A stretch of DNA of 32,000 nucleotides from Halalkalibacterium halodurans (GTDB lineage: Bacteria > Bacillota > Bacilli > Bacillales > Bacillaceae_D). The DNA is taken from NCBI RefSeq assembly GCF_004376175.1, contig NZ_SNUY01000009.1, forward strand, positions 32,203 to 64,202. Reading direction: 5' to 3'. Numbering within the stretch: the stretch's first letter is position 1; each line of letters begins with the position of its first letter. The translations under genes and the position numbers were made by a program. The notes beneath the pieces were generated by a model. That model saw only the letters and a program-made list of their open reading frames with translations. It ran no database searches and was not told where the DNA came from. Shown here piece by piece: positions 9,706-19,130 of this stretch.

Positions 9706-11184
9706 TTACGTTCCGCAATAAGTGCGGTACGGATTCGCGCAAGGAGCAGGAAGTTTGGCGTACGCCTTTTGTTCAGGGGAATGGGCAAATGGATTGGTCA
9801 GCACTTTGAGGAGCCGTTCCATCACTTGATAGTCTCCTTGTTCAACCGCGGCCTCCAAAGCCTCTTCTACCCGATGGTTCCGAGGAATCACCGCTGGATT
9901 ACTCATTTTCATCAAGTTATGAGAATCATCTTTCGTTTGTTCCTGTCTCCCTAATCGAGCCTGCCATCGCTCATGCCATTCCGTGAATTCGAGTTTGTCG
10001 TGCAAGCCCGTCTCTTCCTGTTCATCGAACGTGAGCGCGCGGAACGTATTCGTAAAGTCTGCCTTATGCTTGTGCATTACTTCGAGCAGATCTTTTATGA
10101 GGGACAGGTCCTCGGATTCTTCGTTGAACAAACCGAGCTTAGCTCTCATTCCATTCAGCCAATGGTGCTCAAACTGCTCCGCGTAATTGGAAATTTCCGC
10201 CTCGGCCAGCTTGATCGCTTCGTCCTGATCATCGGCCAACAGCGGCAAAAGAGCCTCTGCAAAACGGGCAAGGTTCCACGCCCCGATCCGCGGTTGATTG
10301 CCATACGCATAACGACCACGCGTATCAATCGAGCTGAAAACCGTTTCCGGATCGTACACATCCATGAAAGCACAAGGGCCATAGTCAATCGTTTCCCCGC
10401 TAATCGTCATGTTGTCTGTGTTCATCACACCATGAATAAAGCCGACAAGCTGCCATTTGGCGATCAGTTCAGCCTGACGCTTGATCACTTCCTGTAGCAA
10501 GGCGAGATAACGGTTTTCGCAATCGGCTTCAACTTCTGGGAAATGCCGCGCCAACGTGTAGTCAGCCAGTGCTTTAAGCTCTTCCTCCGACCCTGCATTG
10601 GCAGCGAATTGGAACGTGCCGACCCGTATATGACTAGCGGCCACCCGGGTAAGAATCGCGCCCGGAAGCACCGTTTCCCGGAAGACAGATTCACCGGTTG
10701 TCACAACTGCCAGGCTACGCGTTGTCGGAATCCCAAGGGCGTGCATTGCTTCACTTATGATGTACTCTCGCAGCATCGGTCCAAGAGCCGCTCGGCCATC
10801 TCCTTGCCTTGAATAAGGCGTACGCCCCGATCCTTTTAGCTGAATATCAAATCGCTCTCCATTTGGCGTAATCTGTTCCCCGAGAAGGATCGCTCGGCCG
10901 TCCCCTAACATCGTAAAATGGCCAAATTGATGGCCAGCGTATGCTTGCGCAAGAGGAGCAGCACCCTTCGGCACCTCGTTGCCAGCAAGCACGGCGATAC
11001 TGTTTTGATGTTGCAGCGCAACTGGATCCAATCCGAGTGATTGAGCTAGACTATCGTTCAGAATGACCAGCTTCGGCGCCTCCACAGGCTCTGGTTCAAC
11101 ATTTGAAAACATCATGGATGGCAGATCGGTATAGCGAGTATCGAAACTCCAACCTACTTCCAGCGTTCCTTTATTTTCAGTCAT
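9706..11184 (-). CDS. selO: protein adenylyltransferase SelO/YdiU family (pseudokinase-fold AMPylase/UMPylase), 492 aa
   Basis: Characteristic YdiU sequence: ...[21 protein letters not shown]..., [72 protein letters not shown]. Confidence 0.9.
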   Translation of the reverse strand: MTENKGTLEVGWSFDTRYTDLPSMMFSNVEPEPVEAPKLVILNDSLAQSLGLDPVALQHQNSIAVLAGNEVPKGAAPLAQAYAGHQFGHFTMLGDGRAILLGEQITPNGERFDIQLKGSGRTPYSRQGDGRAALGPMLREYIISEAMHALGIPTTRSLAVVTTGESVFRETVLPGAILTRVAASHIRVGTFQFAANAGSEEELKALADYTLARHFPEVEADCENRYLALLQEVIKRQAELIAKWQLVGFIHGVMNTDNMTISGETIDYGPCAFMDVYDPETVFSSIDTRGRYAYGNQPRIGAWNLARFAEALLPLLADDQDEAIKLAEAEISNYAEQFEHHWLNGMRAKLGLFNEESEDLSLIKDLLEVMHKHKADFTNTFRALTFDEQEETGLHDKLEFTEWHERWQARLGRQEQTKDDSHNLMKMSNPAVIPRNHRVEEALEAAVEQGDYQVMERLLKVLTNPFAHSPEQKAYAKLPAPCANPYRTYCGT

Positions 11185-11246
11185 CCGTATCTCCTTTCGT
11201 TTACATCTTTCCTCAGCGCTTTTTTAGCGTGTACGTCTATAGGGTC

Positions 11247-11255
11247 ATTATACCA
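11247..11255 (-). promoter_or_regulatory. candidate extended -10 (TGgTATAAT on the minus strand) for selO
   Basis: Reverse complement of 11247-11255 reads TGGTATAAT, about 65 nt upstream of the selO ATG. The -35 is weak. Confidence 0.4.
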
Positions 11256-11283
11256 CTGGGCGAGCATTACTATTGATAAATTG

Positions 11284-11319
11284 AAAAAGCCAAACTCCTC
11301 ATTTTGAGGAACTTGGCTT
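11284..11319 (-). terminator. intrinsic terminator after rocA
   Basis: GCCAA..CTCCTC / GAGGA..TTGGC stem (5+5 bp around a 2-nt internal loop) followed by T5 on the minus strand, 9 nt after the rocA stop. Confidence 0.7.
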
Positions 11320-11327
11320 ATGACTCC

Positions 11328-12875
11328 TTAATACATTTCGGAGACGGTTTTTGCTTGCATATGAAGGGCCAAATAATCAGGTCCTCCAGCTTTTGAATCG
11401 GTGCCTGACATTTTAAAGCCGCCGAATGGGTGGTAGCCGACAATCGCGCCTGTGCAATTCCGGTTAAAGTATAGATTTCCGACATGGAAGTCTCGCTTCG
11501 CTTTTTCGATATGGTGACGGTTCGTTGTAATGACAGCGCCTGTCAGACCGTACTCGGTATTATTGGCGATTTCTAGCGCATGATCAAAATCCCTTGCCTT
11601 ACTGAAGGCAACGACTGGACCGAAAATCTCTTCCTGCATGATTCGCGCATGGGGATCTACGTCAGCAAAGATCGTCGGTTGAATGAAGAAGCCTTTTGAA
11701 TCATCTCCTTCACCTCCGACCATCAATCGGCCTTCCTCTTTCCCCACTTCGATATAGCTCATGATTTTCGAAAAAGCCCCTTGATCGACGACAGGTCCCA
11801 TATAGACGTCAGGTGCCGTCGGTTCGCCTACTGAGAGTTGTTTCGTGAGGGCCACGGCCTTCTCTAACACAACATCATAGACGTCTTGATGGATGACAGC
11901 TCTCGAACCTGCAGAACATTTTTGTCCAGAAAAGCCGAAGGCCGAGGTCACGATCGATTGAGCAGCTAAATCGAGATCGGCATCCTTATCGACAACAACG
12001 GTATCTTTTCCTCCCATCTCTACAATGACGCGCTTCAAATGCTGTTGACCTGGATGAACAACCGCTGCCCTTTCATAAAGCCGGACTCCCACGTCACGCG
12101 AACCGGTAAATGTGATCAAGCTTGTTTTTGGATGATCGATCAAGTAGTCACCGATGTCTGTTCCACTTCCTGGGACGAAGTTGACCACACCCTTTGGCAA
12201 ACCTGCTTCTTCAAGAACTTCGACGAACTTTGCGGCGACAACAGGGGTCGTGCTAGCTGGTTTCAGTAAGACGGTGTTCCCTGTTACAATTGGCGCTACC
12301 GTCGTTCCAGCCATAATCGCCAAGGCGAAATTCCAAGGTGAGATTGTCACACATACCCCGATCGGTGTATAGAAGTAGCGATTATGCTCACCCTCGCGAC
12401 TATTGACTGGCTTTCCATCCTTTAGCGTAATCATTTGCCGGGCGTAGTACTCTAAAAAGTCGATCGCTTCCGCTGTGTCTGCATCGGCTTCTTTCCAAGG
12501 CTTACCCGCTTCTTTCACGAGCCATGCCGAAAACTCATGCTTTCTCCGGCGAATGATCGCGGCCGCTCTGATTAAGATGTTCGCTCGCTCTTCAGGATTG
12601 ACGTTTTTCCACGTATGAAATGCCGTCTCTGCCGATTTAAATGCATCATCTACTATCTCGCGACTTGCTTTTGAGACGACGCCGATCACTTGCTCTTTCA
12701 TGGCAGGATTCACGGAAACGATTTTATCATCGGTCGTCACACGTTCCCCATTGATCACTAACGGGTAGTCTTTCCCTAATTCCCCTTCAACGTTCTTTAA
12801 GGCAGCCTCAAACGCGCTGCGGTTTTCTTCTACACTAAAATCTGTAAACGGTTCATGCTTATAAGGTGTTAACAT
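11328..12875 (-). CDS. rocA: 1-pyrroline-5-carboxylate dehydrogenase (RocA/PutC type), 515 aa
   Basis: [46 protein letters not shown]... and aldehyde dehydrogenase core motifs ([16 protein letters not shown]). GGAGG SD. Confidence 0.92.
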   Translation of the reverse strand: MLTPYKHEPFTDFSVEENRSAFEAALKNVEGELGKDYPLVINGERVTTDDKIVSVNPAMKEQVIGVVSKASREIVDDAFKSAETAFHTWKNVNPEERANILIRAAAIIRRRKHEFSAWLVKEAGKPWKEADADTAEAIDFLEYYARQMITLKDGKPVNSREGEHNRYFYTPIGVCVTISPWNFALAIMAGTTVAPIVTGNTVLLKPASTTPVVAAKFVEVLEEAGLPKGVVNFVPGSGTDIGDYLIDHPKTSLITFTGSRDVGVRLYERAAVVHPGQQHLKRVIVEMGGKDTVVVDKDADLDLAAQSIVTSAFGFSGQKCSAGSRAVIHQDVYDVVLEKAVALTKQLSVGEPTAPDVYMGPVVDQGAFSKIMSYIEVGKEEGRLMVGGEGDDSKGFFIQPTIFADVDPHARIMQEEIFGPVVAFSKARDFDHALEIANNTEYGLTGAVITTNRHHIEKAKRDFHVGNLYFNRNCTGAIVGYHPFGGFKMSGTDSKAGGPDYLALHMQAKTVSEMY

Positions 12876-12902
12876 TCTCTTGCCTCCATTACTGATAATT
12901 GA

Positions 12903-13154
12903 TCAATCACAAGGAGCAGGTTTCCGATCTTCTTCGACGATGGCGAGTGTCATATCTGAGATCACTTGATCTCCAGGTGCCACCTTGACGGTAGAAATGA
13001 AGCCTCTAACCCCTAGTTCGACCTTTTTCATCGCACCACCATTTGTCTCTATGAGAAATAGTGGCTCCCATTCGTGTACATAATCGCCTTCACGGACTAA
13101 GACTTTCTGAACGACACCGGTAGAATCACTTGCAATCGCACGATAACTTGTCAT
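12903..13154 (-). CDS. stand-alone biotinyl/lipoyl-attachment-like domain protein (83 aa) with an atypical hairpin loop
   Basis: AGGAGG SD 8 nt before the ATG. The pattern GVVQKVLVREGDYVHEWEPLFLIE-TNGG-AMKKVEL..GFISTVKVAPGDQVISDMTLAIVE follows the hybrid-barrel biotinyl/lipoyl domain, but 4 extra residues precede the AMK motif. Confidence 0.7.
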   Translation of the reverse strand: MTSYRAIASDSTGVVQKVLVREGDYVHEWEPLFLIETNGGAMKKVELGVRGFISTVKVAPGDQVISDMTLAIVEEDRKPAPCD

Positions 13155-13166
13155 GACCTGCGCCTC

Positions 13167-14429
13167 CTAAATCCAGCCCCGGAATCTTGAAGCTTCTGCT
13201 GTTTTTCGTACGCCAACCATATAGGCCGCCAAACGAGGGTCAACGTTGTAACGCGTCGCTGTTTCCACTACTTGATGAAACGCCTCAACGATTTTACTTC
13301 TAAGTTTCTCGGACACTTCTTCTTCCGACCAATAATAACCTAAATTGTTCTGTACCCATTCAAAATACGAAACGGTGACACCACCAGAGCTTGCAAGCAC
13401 GTCAGGCACAATTAAGACACCGCGCTCGGTTAAAATATTTGATGCTTCAGTCGTTGTTGGGCCATTCGCCGCCTCTACAATGATTGAAGCTTTGATTTCG
13501 CGAGCATTTGCCTCTGTAATTTGGTTAGCAATCGCTGCTGGAACGAGAATGTCGCACTTTTTTTCTAATAGCTCTTCGTTTGTTATGGTGTTTTTAAATA
13601 ACGTCGTCACGGTGCCAAATGAATCGCGGCGATCAAGCAAATACTCAATATCTAAGCCTGTTTCATCATAGAGCGCCCCATACGCATCGGAAATGCCAAT
13701 GATTTTCGCCCCGCGATCGCTCAAGGTTTTGGCTAAGTAGCCTCCTGCATTACCAAAGCCTTGGATAATAACGGTGGCCTCCCGTAAATCCAGCTGTTTC
13801 AGCTTGGCTGCCTCTTCAATGCAAATTGTGACCCCCATGGCTGTTGCTGTTTCCCGTCCGTGGGAGCCGCCGAGCACGATCGGCTTACCTGTAATGAACC
13901 CAGGTGAATCAAACTCTCGAATCCGGCTATACTCATCCACCATCCACGCCATAATTTGCGAGTTCGTAAATACGTCAGGTGCCGGAATGTCCTTAGATGG
14001 CCCGACGATTTGACTGATCGCTCTTACGTACCCTCTGCTTAACCGCTCGATTTCGGGAAATGACATCGTTCGCGGATCACATACGATCCCGCCTTTCCCA
14101 CCACCGTACGGAATGTTAACGATTCCGCATTTTAACGTCATCCATAACGAGAGCGCCTTCACTTCATCGGCTGTCACTTCCGGATGGAAGCGAACGCCCC
14201 CTTTTGTCGGCCCAACCGCATCATTGTGTTGCGCGCGATAGCCAGTAAACACTTTGACGGTCCCGTCGTCCATCCGCACAGGGATTCGAACCGTTAGCAT
14301 TCGCACCGGCTCCTTGAGCAACTCGAACATTCCCTCTTCATAGCCTAGCTTCCCTAACGCTTGTTGAATCACATCTTGCGTTGACGATAGAATGCTAGAC
14401 TCTTTTCCTTTTTCTGCAATGGCCCCCAT
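13167..14429 (-). CDS. rocG: NAD-specific glutamate dehydrogenase (RocG/GudB type), 420 aa
   Basis: Near-colinear with Bacillus RocG/GudB as I recall it (GPTKGGVRFHPEV, KCGIVNIPYGGGKGGIVCDPR, GVTVSYFEWVQNN). Start set at the ATG at 14429, 7 nt after GAGGTGA. The GTG at 14441 is an alternative. Confidence 0.92.
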   Translation of the reverse strand: MGAIAEKGKESSILSSTQDVIQQALGKLGYEEGMFELLKEPVRMLTVRIPVRMDDGTVKVFTGYRAQHNDAVGPTKGGVRFHPEVTADEVKALSLWMTLKCGIVNIPYGGGKGGIVCDPRTMSFPEIERLSRGYVRAISQIVGPSKDIPAPDVFTNSQIMAWMVDEYSRIREFDSPGFITGKPIVLGGSHGRETATAMGVTICIEEAAKLKQLDLREATVIIQGFGNAGGYLAKTLSDRGAKIIGISDAYGALYDETGLDIEYLLDRRDSFGTVTTLFKNTITNEELLEKKCDILVPAAIANQITEANAREIKASIIVEAANGPTTTEASNILTERGVLIVPDVLASSGGVTVSYFEWVQNNLGYYWSEEEVSEKLRSKIVEAFHQVVETATRYNVDPRLAAYMVGVRKTAEASRFRGWI

Positions 14430-14442
14430 TTGTCTGTTCACC

Positions 14443-15651
14443 TCATGGTTTTAACACGTGATAAATTTTTTCAATCGCCCAATCTAGATCTTCTTTACTG
14501 ATCACTAATGGTGGAGCGAAGCGAATGACAGTTTCATGTGTCTCTTTACATAAAAGTCCTTCTTCTTTCAACTGTTCACAATATTTACGCGCAGGCTCGT
14601 GTAACTCGACACCGATAAATAAACCTCTCCCACGGACGTCTTTAATGATCGGGTTATCAATCTCTTTTAATTTCGTTAACAAGTAATTTCCATACTCATA
14701 GGAACGCTCGACTAGCTTTTCCTCTTCAAGAACCTCTAGAGCAGCAATTGACACAGCACAAGCGAGCGGATTCCCACCAAACGTGGAACCGTGAGATCCA
14801 GGCTCAAAGACACCGAGAATGTCGCGATCGGCACATACGACGGAAATTGGGAATACCCCGCCACCGAGTGCTTTCCCTAAAATATACATGTCTGGCTTCA
14901 CATCTTCCCAGTCACACGCGAACCATTTCCCAGAACGTCCAAGCCCTGATTGAATTTCGTCCGCAATAAACAAGACGTTTTCTCGCTTACATAATGCATA
15001 CGCCTCCTTTAAGAAGCCTTCCTGAGGAATTCGAATGCCCGCTTCCCCTTGAATCGGCTCGACTAAAAACGCAGCCGTGTGACTAGTGATCGCCGCTTTT
15101 AGCGCTTCTAAATCGCCGTAAGGGATCACTTTAATCCCAGGAAGCATTGGGCCGAATCCTCGCTTGTACTCGTCATTTGAAGAAAGGGAGACGGCCGTCA
15201 TCGTCCGTCCATGAAAATTGTCTTCACAAACGATGATTTCGGCTTGATTATCAGGCACACCCTTCACATCGTAAGCCCAACGACGCGCTGCTTTTACAGC
15301 TGTTTCGACAGCCTCCGCACCTGTATTCATCGGCAAAAGCATGTTTTTCCCCGTTAGCTTAGATACCTTCTCATAAAAAGGTGCAAGTTGATCGTTATGA
15401 AATGCTCTCGAGGTTAATGTAATTTTATCGGCTTGATCTTTTAATGCTTGGATAATTTTCGGGTGACAATGCCCTTGATTCACAGCAGAATACGCACTTA
15501 ACATATCAAGGTATTTTCTCCCTTCAGGGTCTTTCACCCAAACTCCTTTTGCTTCTGAAATGACAATTGGAAGCGGGTGATAATTTTTTGCCCCGTACTT
15601 TTCCGTCTTCTCAATGACAGCAGATGTTGACGATTGCATTTTCATGTTCAA
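14443..15651 (-). CDS. rocD: ornithine aminotransferase, 402 aa
   Basis: Class-III PLP aminotransferase with OAT-type sequence ([27 protein letters not shown]..., [15 protein letters not shown]). GGGGGAG SD 7 nt before the ATG. Confidence 0.92.
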   Translation of the reverse strand: MNMKMQSSTSAVIEKTEKYGAKNYHPLPIVISEAKGVWVKDPEGRKYLDMLSAYSAVNQGHCHPKIIQALKDQADKITLTSRAFHNDQLAPFYEKVSKLTGKNMLLPMNTGAEAVETAVKAARRWAYDVKGVPDNQAEIIVCEDNFHGRTMTAVSLSSNDEYKRGFGPMLPGIKVIPYGDLEALKAAITSHTAAFLVEPIQGEAGIRIPQEGFLKEAYALCKRENVLFIADEIQSGLGRSGKWFACDWEDVKPDMYILGKALGGGVFPISVVCADRDILGVFEPGSHGSTFGGNPLACAVSIAALEVLEEEKLVERSYEYGNYLLTKLKEIDNPIIKDVRGRGLFIGVELHEPARKYCEQLKEEGLLCKETHETVIRFAPPLVISKEDLDWAIEKIYHVLKP

Positions 15652-15689
15652 TCTCCCCCTTAAATCAGATGACTTCTACTAATAATCAA

Positions 15690-15706
15690 TGCAAATCCTG
15701 TGCCAA
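15690..15706 (-). promoter_or_regulatory. sigma-54 (-24/-12) promoter of the rocD operon
   Basis: The minus strand reads TTGGCACAGGATTTGCA, which is TGGCAC-N5-TTGCA, an exact consensus match. It lies about 40 nt upstream of the rocD ATG. Confidence 0.9.
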
Positions 15707-15733
15707 CTTTATAAACCACGATGTTTCACGTGG

Positions 15734-15860
15734 AACGAAAAAGAAATGTTCTTTTGCTCATTATTTTGGCGATATGAGCGAAAAACTTTTTGGCAGTCTT
15801 CGAAAAATTATTTTTCTTTATTTCTTAATCATAACCTATAAAACGAAAAAATAATTTGCA
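15734..15860. promoter_or_regulatory. cluster of four CGAAAAA-N(1-9)-TTTT(T)GC-type imperfect palindromes; candidate RocR enhancer (UAS) sites
   Basis: The four copies are AACGAAAAAGAAATGTTCTTTTGC (15734-15757), GCGAAAAACTTTTTGGC (15778-15794), CGAAAAATTATTTTTC (15801-16) and AACGAAAAAATAATTTGCA (15842-15860). The last is near-identical to the element upstream of rocF. Confidence 0.5.
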
Positions 15861-15884
15861 CCTTTTCCCTCCCTCGTTTAAAAT
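15856..15884 (+). promoter_or_regulatory. candidate sigma-A promoter of rocR (TTGCAC-17 bp-TAAAAT)
   Basis: -35 at 15856-15861 and -10 at 15879-15884, about 33 nt upstream of the rocR ATG. The -35 overlaps the fourth UAS-like element. Confidence 0.55.
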
Positions 15885-15916
15885 GAGGGCAAAATCGTTT
15901 ACTTGGAGGACAAACA

Positions 15917-17355
15917 ATGGAACGAATCGGAAACCTCCCTCTGTCGCAGCAACGAATTATCTACGAAACGATCATGAATGAAATCGACGTTGGCATTCAT
16001 GTGATTGATACGTTCGGACAGACGATCATTTATAACAAAAAGATGATGGAAATTGAATCGCTGACAAAAGAGGATGTAGAGAACAAAGATTTTTTAGACA
16101 TCTTCATGTTTGAGGAAGGACAAGGTAGCACCTTATTAGAAGCACTCTACAAAAAGAAGCACTCTAAAGATGTAAAGCAAACGTATTTTAATAATAAAGG
16201 GAAAGAGATTACGACCATTAATAACACCTTCCCTCTCTATGAAAATGGCCAGGTGATCGGGGCGATCGAAATTTCGAAGGACGTTACGAAATTAGAGCGG
16301 CTCATTCGAAAAAACATGGAGAGTAAAGGCAATACCCGCTATACCTTTGACAGCATTATTGGAGAAAGCACGGCTATCCGTGAAGTAATTGAAAATACAA
16401 AGCGAGCGACACGGACTGCTTCTTCCGTCCTCATCGTCGGCGAAACAGGGACGGGAAAAGAATTATTTGCCCAAAGCATTCACAATGGAAGCGATCGTTC
16501 CAAAGGGCCATTCATTTCACAAAACTGTGCCGCCATGCCGGAAACGTTAATAGAAAGCTTGTTATTCGGGACGAAAAAAGGCGCCTATACTGGGGCAATT
16601 GAACGTCCCGGCTTATTTGAGGAAGCTGAGGGGGGCACATTGTTGCTTGATGAAATTAACTCTCTTAGCCCACCCCTACAAGCAAAGCTGTTACGGGCGA
16701 TCAAGAAAAGCAAATTCGTCGTGTTGGGGACACGGTTGATCGCAAAGTGAACGTTCGGATTCTTTCCACGATTAACGAAGATCCAATTGAAGCAATCGCA
16801 AGCGGGCGTCTGCGAAAAGACTTGTATTACCGGCTAGGCGTGGTCACCCTCTTCATTCCTCCTTTGCGGGAACGGAAAGAGGACATTCTCCCTCTCGTTG
16901 ACCATTTTATCGCAAAATACAATGAGCGGTTTCAAATGGAAGTGAAGGGGCTTAGCGATGAAGTCACACAATTACTCCTACAGTACGATTGGCCTGGAAA
17001 CGTTCGCGAACTGGAGCACATCATTGAGGGCGCGATGAACCTGATGATCGGTGAGGACCTAATTGATGTGCGACATTTACCGTTCCACTTTCGCCAAAAA
17101 TCACTTTCGGCTCCCCTCTCCTCGCAAATCACAAGCGTCTACGAAACAGCTACCTCTGACGCCATAGAGCACTCAGTTGAGGAACAACAGCCGTTACGAG
17201 ACTTGAAAGATTATTTACTTGAAGCCGAAAAAATGTATATTAAAAAAGCGCTCGAACGAAACAAATACCATGTGACGAAGACCGCCGAAAAGCTAGGCTT
17301 AAGCCGGCAAAGCTTACAATATCGGATGAAGCGGTTAGGCATTAGCGCAAAGTAA
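15917..17355 (+). pseudogene. rocR: RocR-like sigma-54-dependent activator (PAS + AAA+ + Fis-type HTH), reading frame broken near 16702
   Basis: ORF1 carries a PAS-like N-terminus, Walker [15 protein letters not shown] and Walker [10 protein letters not shown], then ends ...[20 protein letters not shown]. Shifting the frame by 1 nt after ...LLRAI gives [28 protein letters not shown]..., which continues into ORF2 (16747..17355) and ends with the HTH VTKTAEKLGLSRQSLQYRMKRLGI. Confidence 0.85.
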
Positions 17356-17603
17356 AAGGGACTGTCTCAAAAGTATATCTTTTTAAGGCAGCTTCTTTTC
17401 TCATTCTTTATAAATGGCGACTTGGCGGACGCTTTCACCACAGGCACAAGTGCAACATCAACTCACGCACACTTTGTTTGCATTCGTCGTGTTTTCTTTG
17501 CCGCGGTCAACCTGCGTATCACCCGAAAATGATGACGAAAACCCTATTGTACGGGTGGTTTTCTCGTCGTACGATCGCCAAGGCTTTTGACCAAACACCT
17601 TCC

Positions 17604-17630
17604 AAGCTTGAGACGAACTCAAGCTTTTTT
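17604..17630 (+). terminator. intrinsic terminator between convergent rocR and nhaC (AAGCTTGAG-ACGAA-CTCAAGCTT + T-run)
   Basis: 9-bp perfect stem followed by TTTT on the plus strand. It abuts the nhaC stop codon. Confidence 0.7.
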
Positions 17631-19050
17631 ACATGGCCTTTGCTTTTTCCTTCCATTGTTCCACCTCTTGATCGGTTAGTTTCACGATGGAAAATCCAGT
17701 CCAAGCAAACAAAAGTGAAATAAACGGAACAATTAAATTAAATATCGCATAAGGACCGTATTCAAACGGGTGAACAGATAGGGTAGCAAAGATAAATATG
17801 GCGCACGTATTCCAAGGAACAAAAACCGATGTGAGCGTCCCCCCATCCTCTACCGCACGCGATAAATTTTTCGGATGAAGTCTCTTTTCTCTAAAACTTT
17901 CCACATACATTCTTCCCGGAATAACAATGGAAATATATTGCTCGGCTGCTGTAATGTTCGTGAAAAACGCAGAACTGATAGCCGTCGTCAGCAATCCTTT
18001 TGCCGTCTTTGCGAGCATGAGAATTTTTGCTACGATCACCTTTAACATTCCTGTATTCTCTAGAACGCCCCCAAAGGTCATGGCCACTATCGTGAGGGAG
18101 ACGGTATACATCATCGCCTCAATTCCACCACGATTAAAAAGCGTATCAATCATCTCATTCCCTGTTAGAATCACAAACCCGTCACTTAACGTATTTACCG
18201 CATCTCCAACCGTTCCACCTTGAACGAAGATTTGCGATAAAAACCCGACCAGGACGCCCGCTGTTAAGGCTGGCAAAGCAGGAACCTTTTTAATGACGAG
18301 AAAAATGACACATGCAGGGATCAATAGCAACCATGGGGAAATGACAAAGCTTTCTTGCAACAGATTCATCACCTCTAAAATGCCTTGTTGCTCGACTGAA
18401 TCTGCGCGAAAGCTTCTCCCTAGCACGGCATAGAAGACGAGCGCAATGACAAACCCAGGAATCGTCGTATAAAGCATATGTTTAATATGCTCAAATAAAT
18501 CAACACCTGTAATCCCAGCAGCAAGGTTGGTCGAGTCAGACAGGGGCGACATTTTATCGCCGAAGTAAGCGCCTGAGATGATGGCACCTGCGACCATCGG
18601 AGCAGGGATTCCCATACTGATACCAATCCCCATTCCCGCCACACCAATCGTTCCCATCGTCGACCATGAACTTCCGATAGCAAGGGAGACAATCGCTGTA
18701 ATGACCGTAATTGATACTAAGAACAATGGTGGTGAGATCAGCTTAAGACCGTAATAGACCATTGTCGCAATGATCCCACCCCCGATCCACGCGCCAATAA
18801 TGACACCGACCATGATAATGATCACGATCGCCGGGAGCGCTAGACGGATCCCTTTGTAAAGTCCAGCCTCAATTTCCTTCCACGTAAAGCCCGCGCGCCA
18901 AGCAATAAAAGCTGCGACAACCGTCCCGACAATGAGCGGAATATGGGGGCTGCCTTCAAATACAATAATCGTAAAACCCATGGAGACAAACATGACGAGC
19001 AATGGAATGACAGATAGTCCGAATGAAATGTGTTTTTGATCAGTCTTCAT
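17629..19050 (-). CDS. NhaC-family (IT superfamily) antiporter, 473 aa
   Basis: Polytopic membrane protein with NhaC-type sequence. AAGGGGA SD. The substrate cannot be read from the sequence. Confidence 0.8.
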   Translation of the reverse strand: MKTDQKHISFGLSVIPLLVMFVSMGFTIIVFEGSPHIPLIVGTVVAAFIAWRAGFTWKEIEAGLYKGIRLALPAIVIIIMVGVIIGAWIGGGIIATMVYYGLKLISPPLFLVSITVITAIVSLAIGSSWSTMGTIGVAGMGIGISMGIPAPMVAGAIISGAYFGDKMSPLSDSTNLAAGITGVDLFEHIKHMLYTTIPGFVIALVFYAVLGRSFRADSVEQQGILEVMNLLQESFVISPWLLLIPACVIFLVIKKVPALPALTAGVLVGFLSQIFVQGGTVGDAVNTLSDGFVILTGNEMIDTLFNRGGIEAMMYTVSLTIVAMTFGGVLENTGMLKVIVAKILMLAKTAKGLLTTAISSAFFTNITAAEQYISIVIPGRMYVESFREKRLHPKNLSRAVEDGGTLTSVFVPWNTCAIFIFATLSVHPFEYGPYAIFNLIVPFISLLFAWTGFSIVKLTDQEVEQWKEKAKAM

Positions 19051-19097
19051 TTGCTTTCCCCTTTTACATGTTTTCGATCATGATCGACCCCGAACGG

Positions 19098-19124
19098 AAA
19101 AGAGCTTGAGTCCTCCTCAAGCTC
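19098..19124 (-). terminator. intra-operon stem-loop/terminator between yjiH-like gene and nhaC (GAGCTTGAG-GAGGA-CTCAAGCTC + TTTT on the minus strand)
   Basis: 9-bp perfect stem starting 7 nt after the upstream stop, followed by T4 on the minus strand. The stem core AGCTTGAG/CTCAAGCT is the same as in the 17604 hairpin. Confidence 0.6.
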
Positions 19125-19130
19125 AGAACG

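Noticed and set aside
9973-10497. 174-aa plus-strand ORF (and several 60-100 aa ORFs at 9649-10812) inside selO
   Set aside because: They are antisense to a confidently identified gene, lack SD sequences and have Arg/Ser/Leu-rich shadow-frame composition. They are typical antisense artefacts.
17356-17603. 250-bp unassigned stretch between the rocR stop and the shared terminator, with an imperfect hairpin at about 17539-17575
   Set aside because: No ORF, promoter, terminator or known motif could be supported. The simplest explanation is a long rocR 3' UTR or a decayed remnant. It may be worth an Rfam scan, but there is nothing specific to claim.
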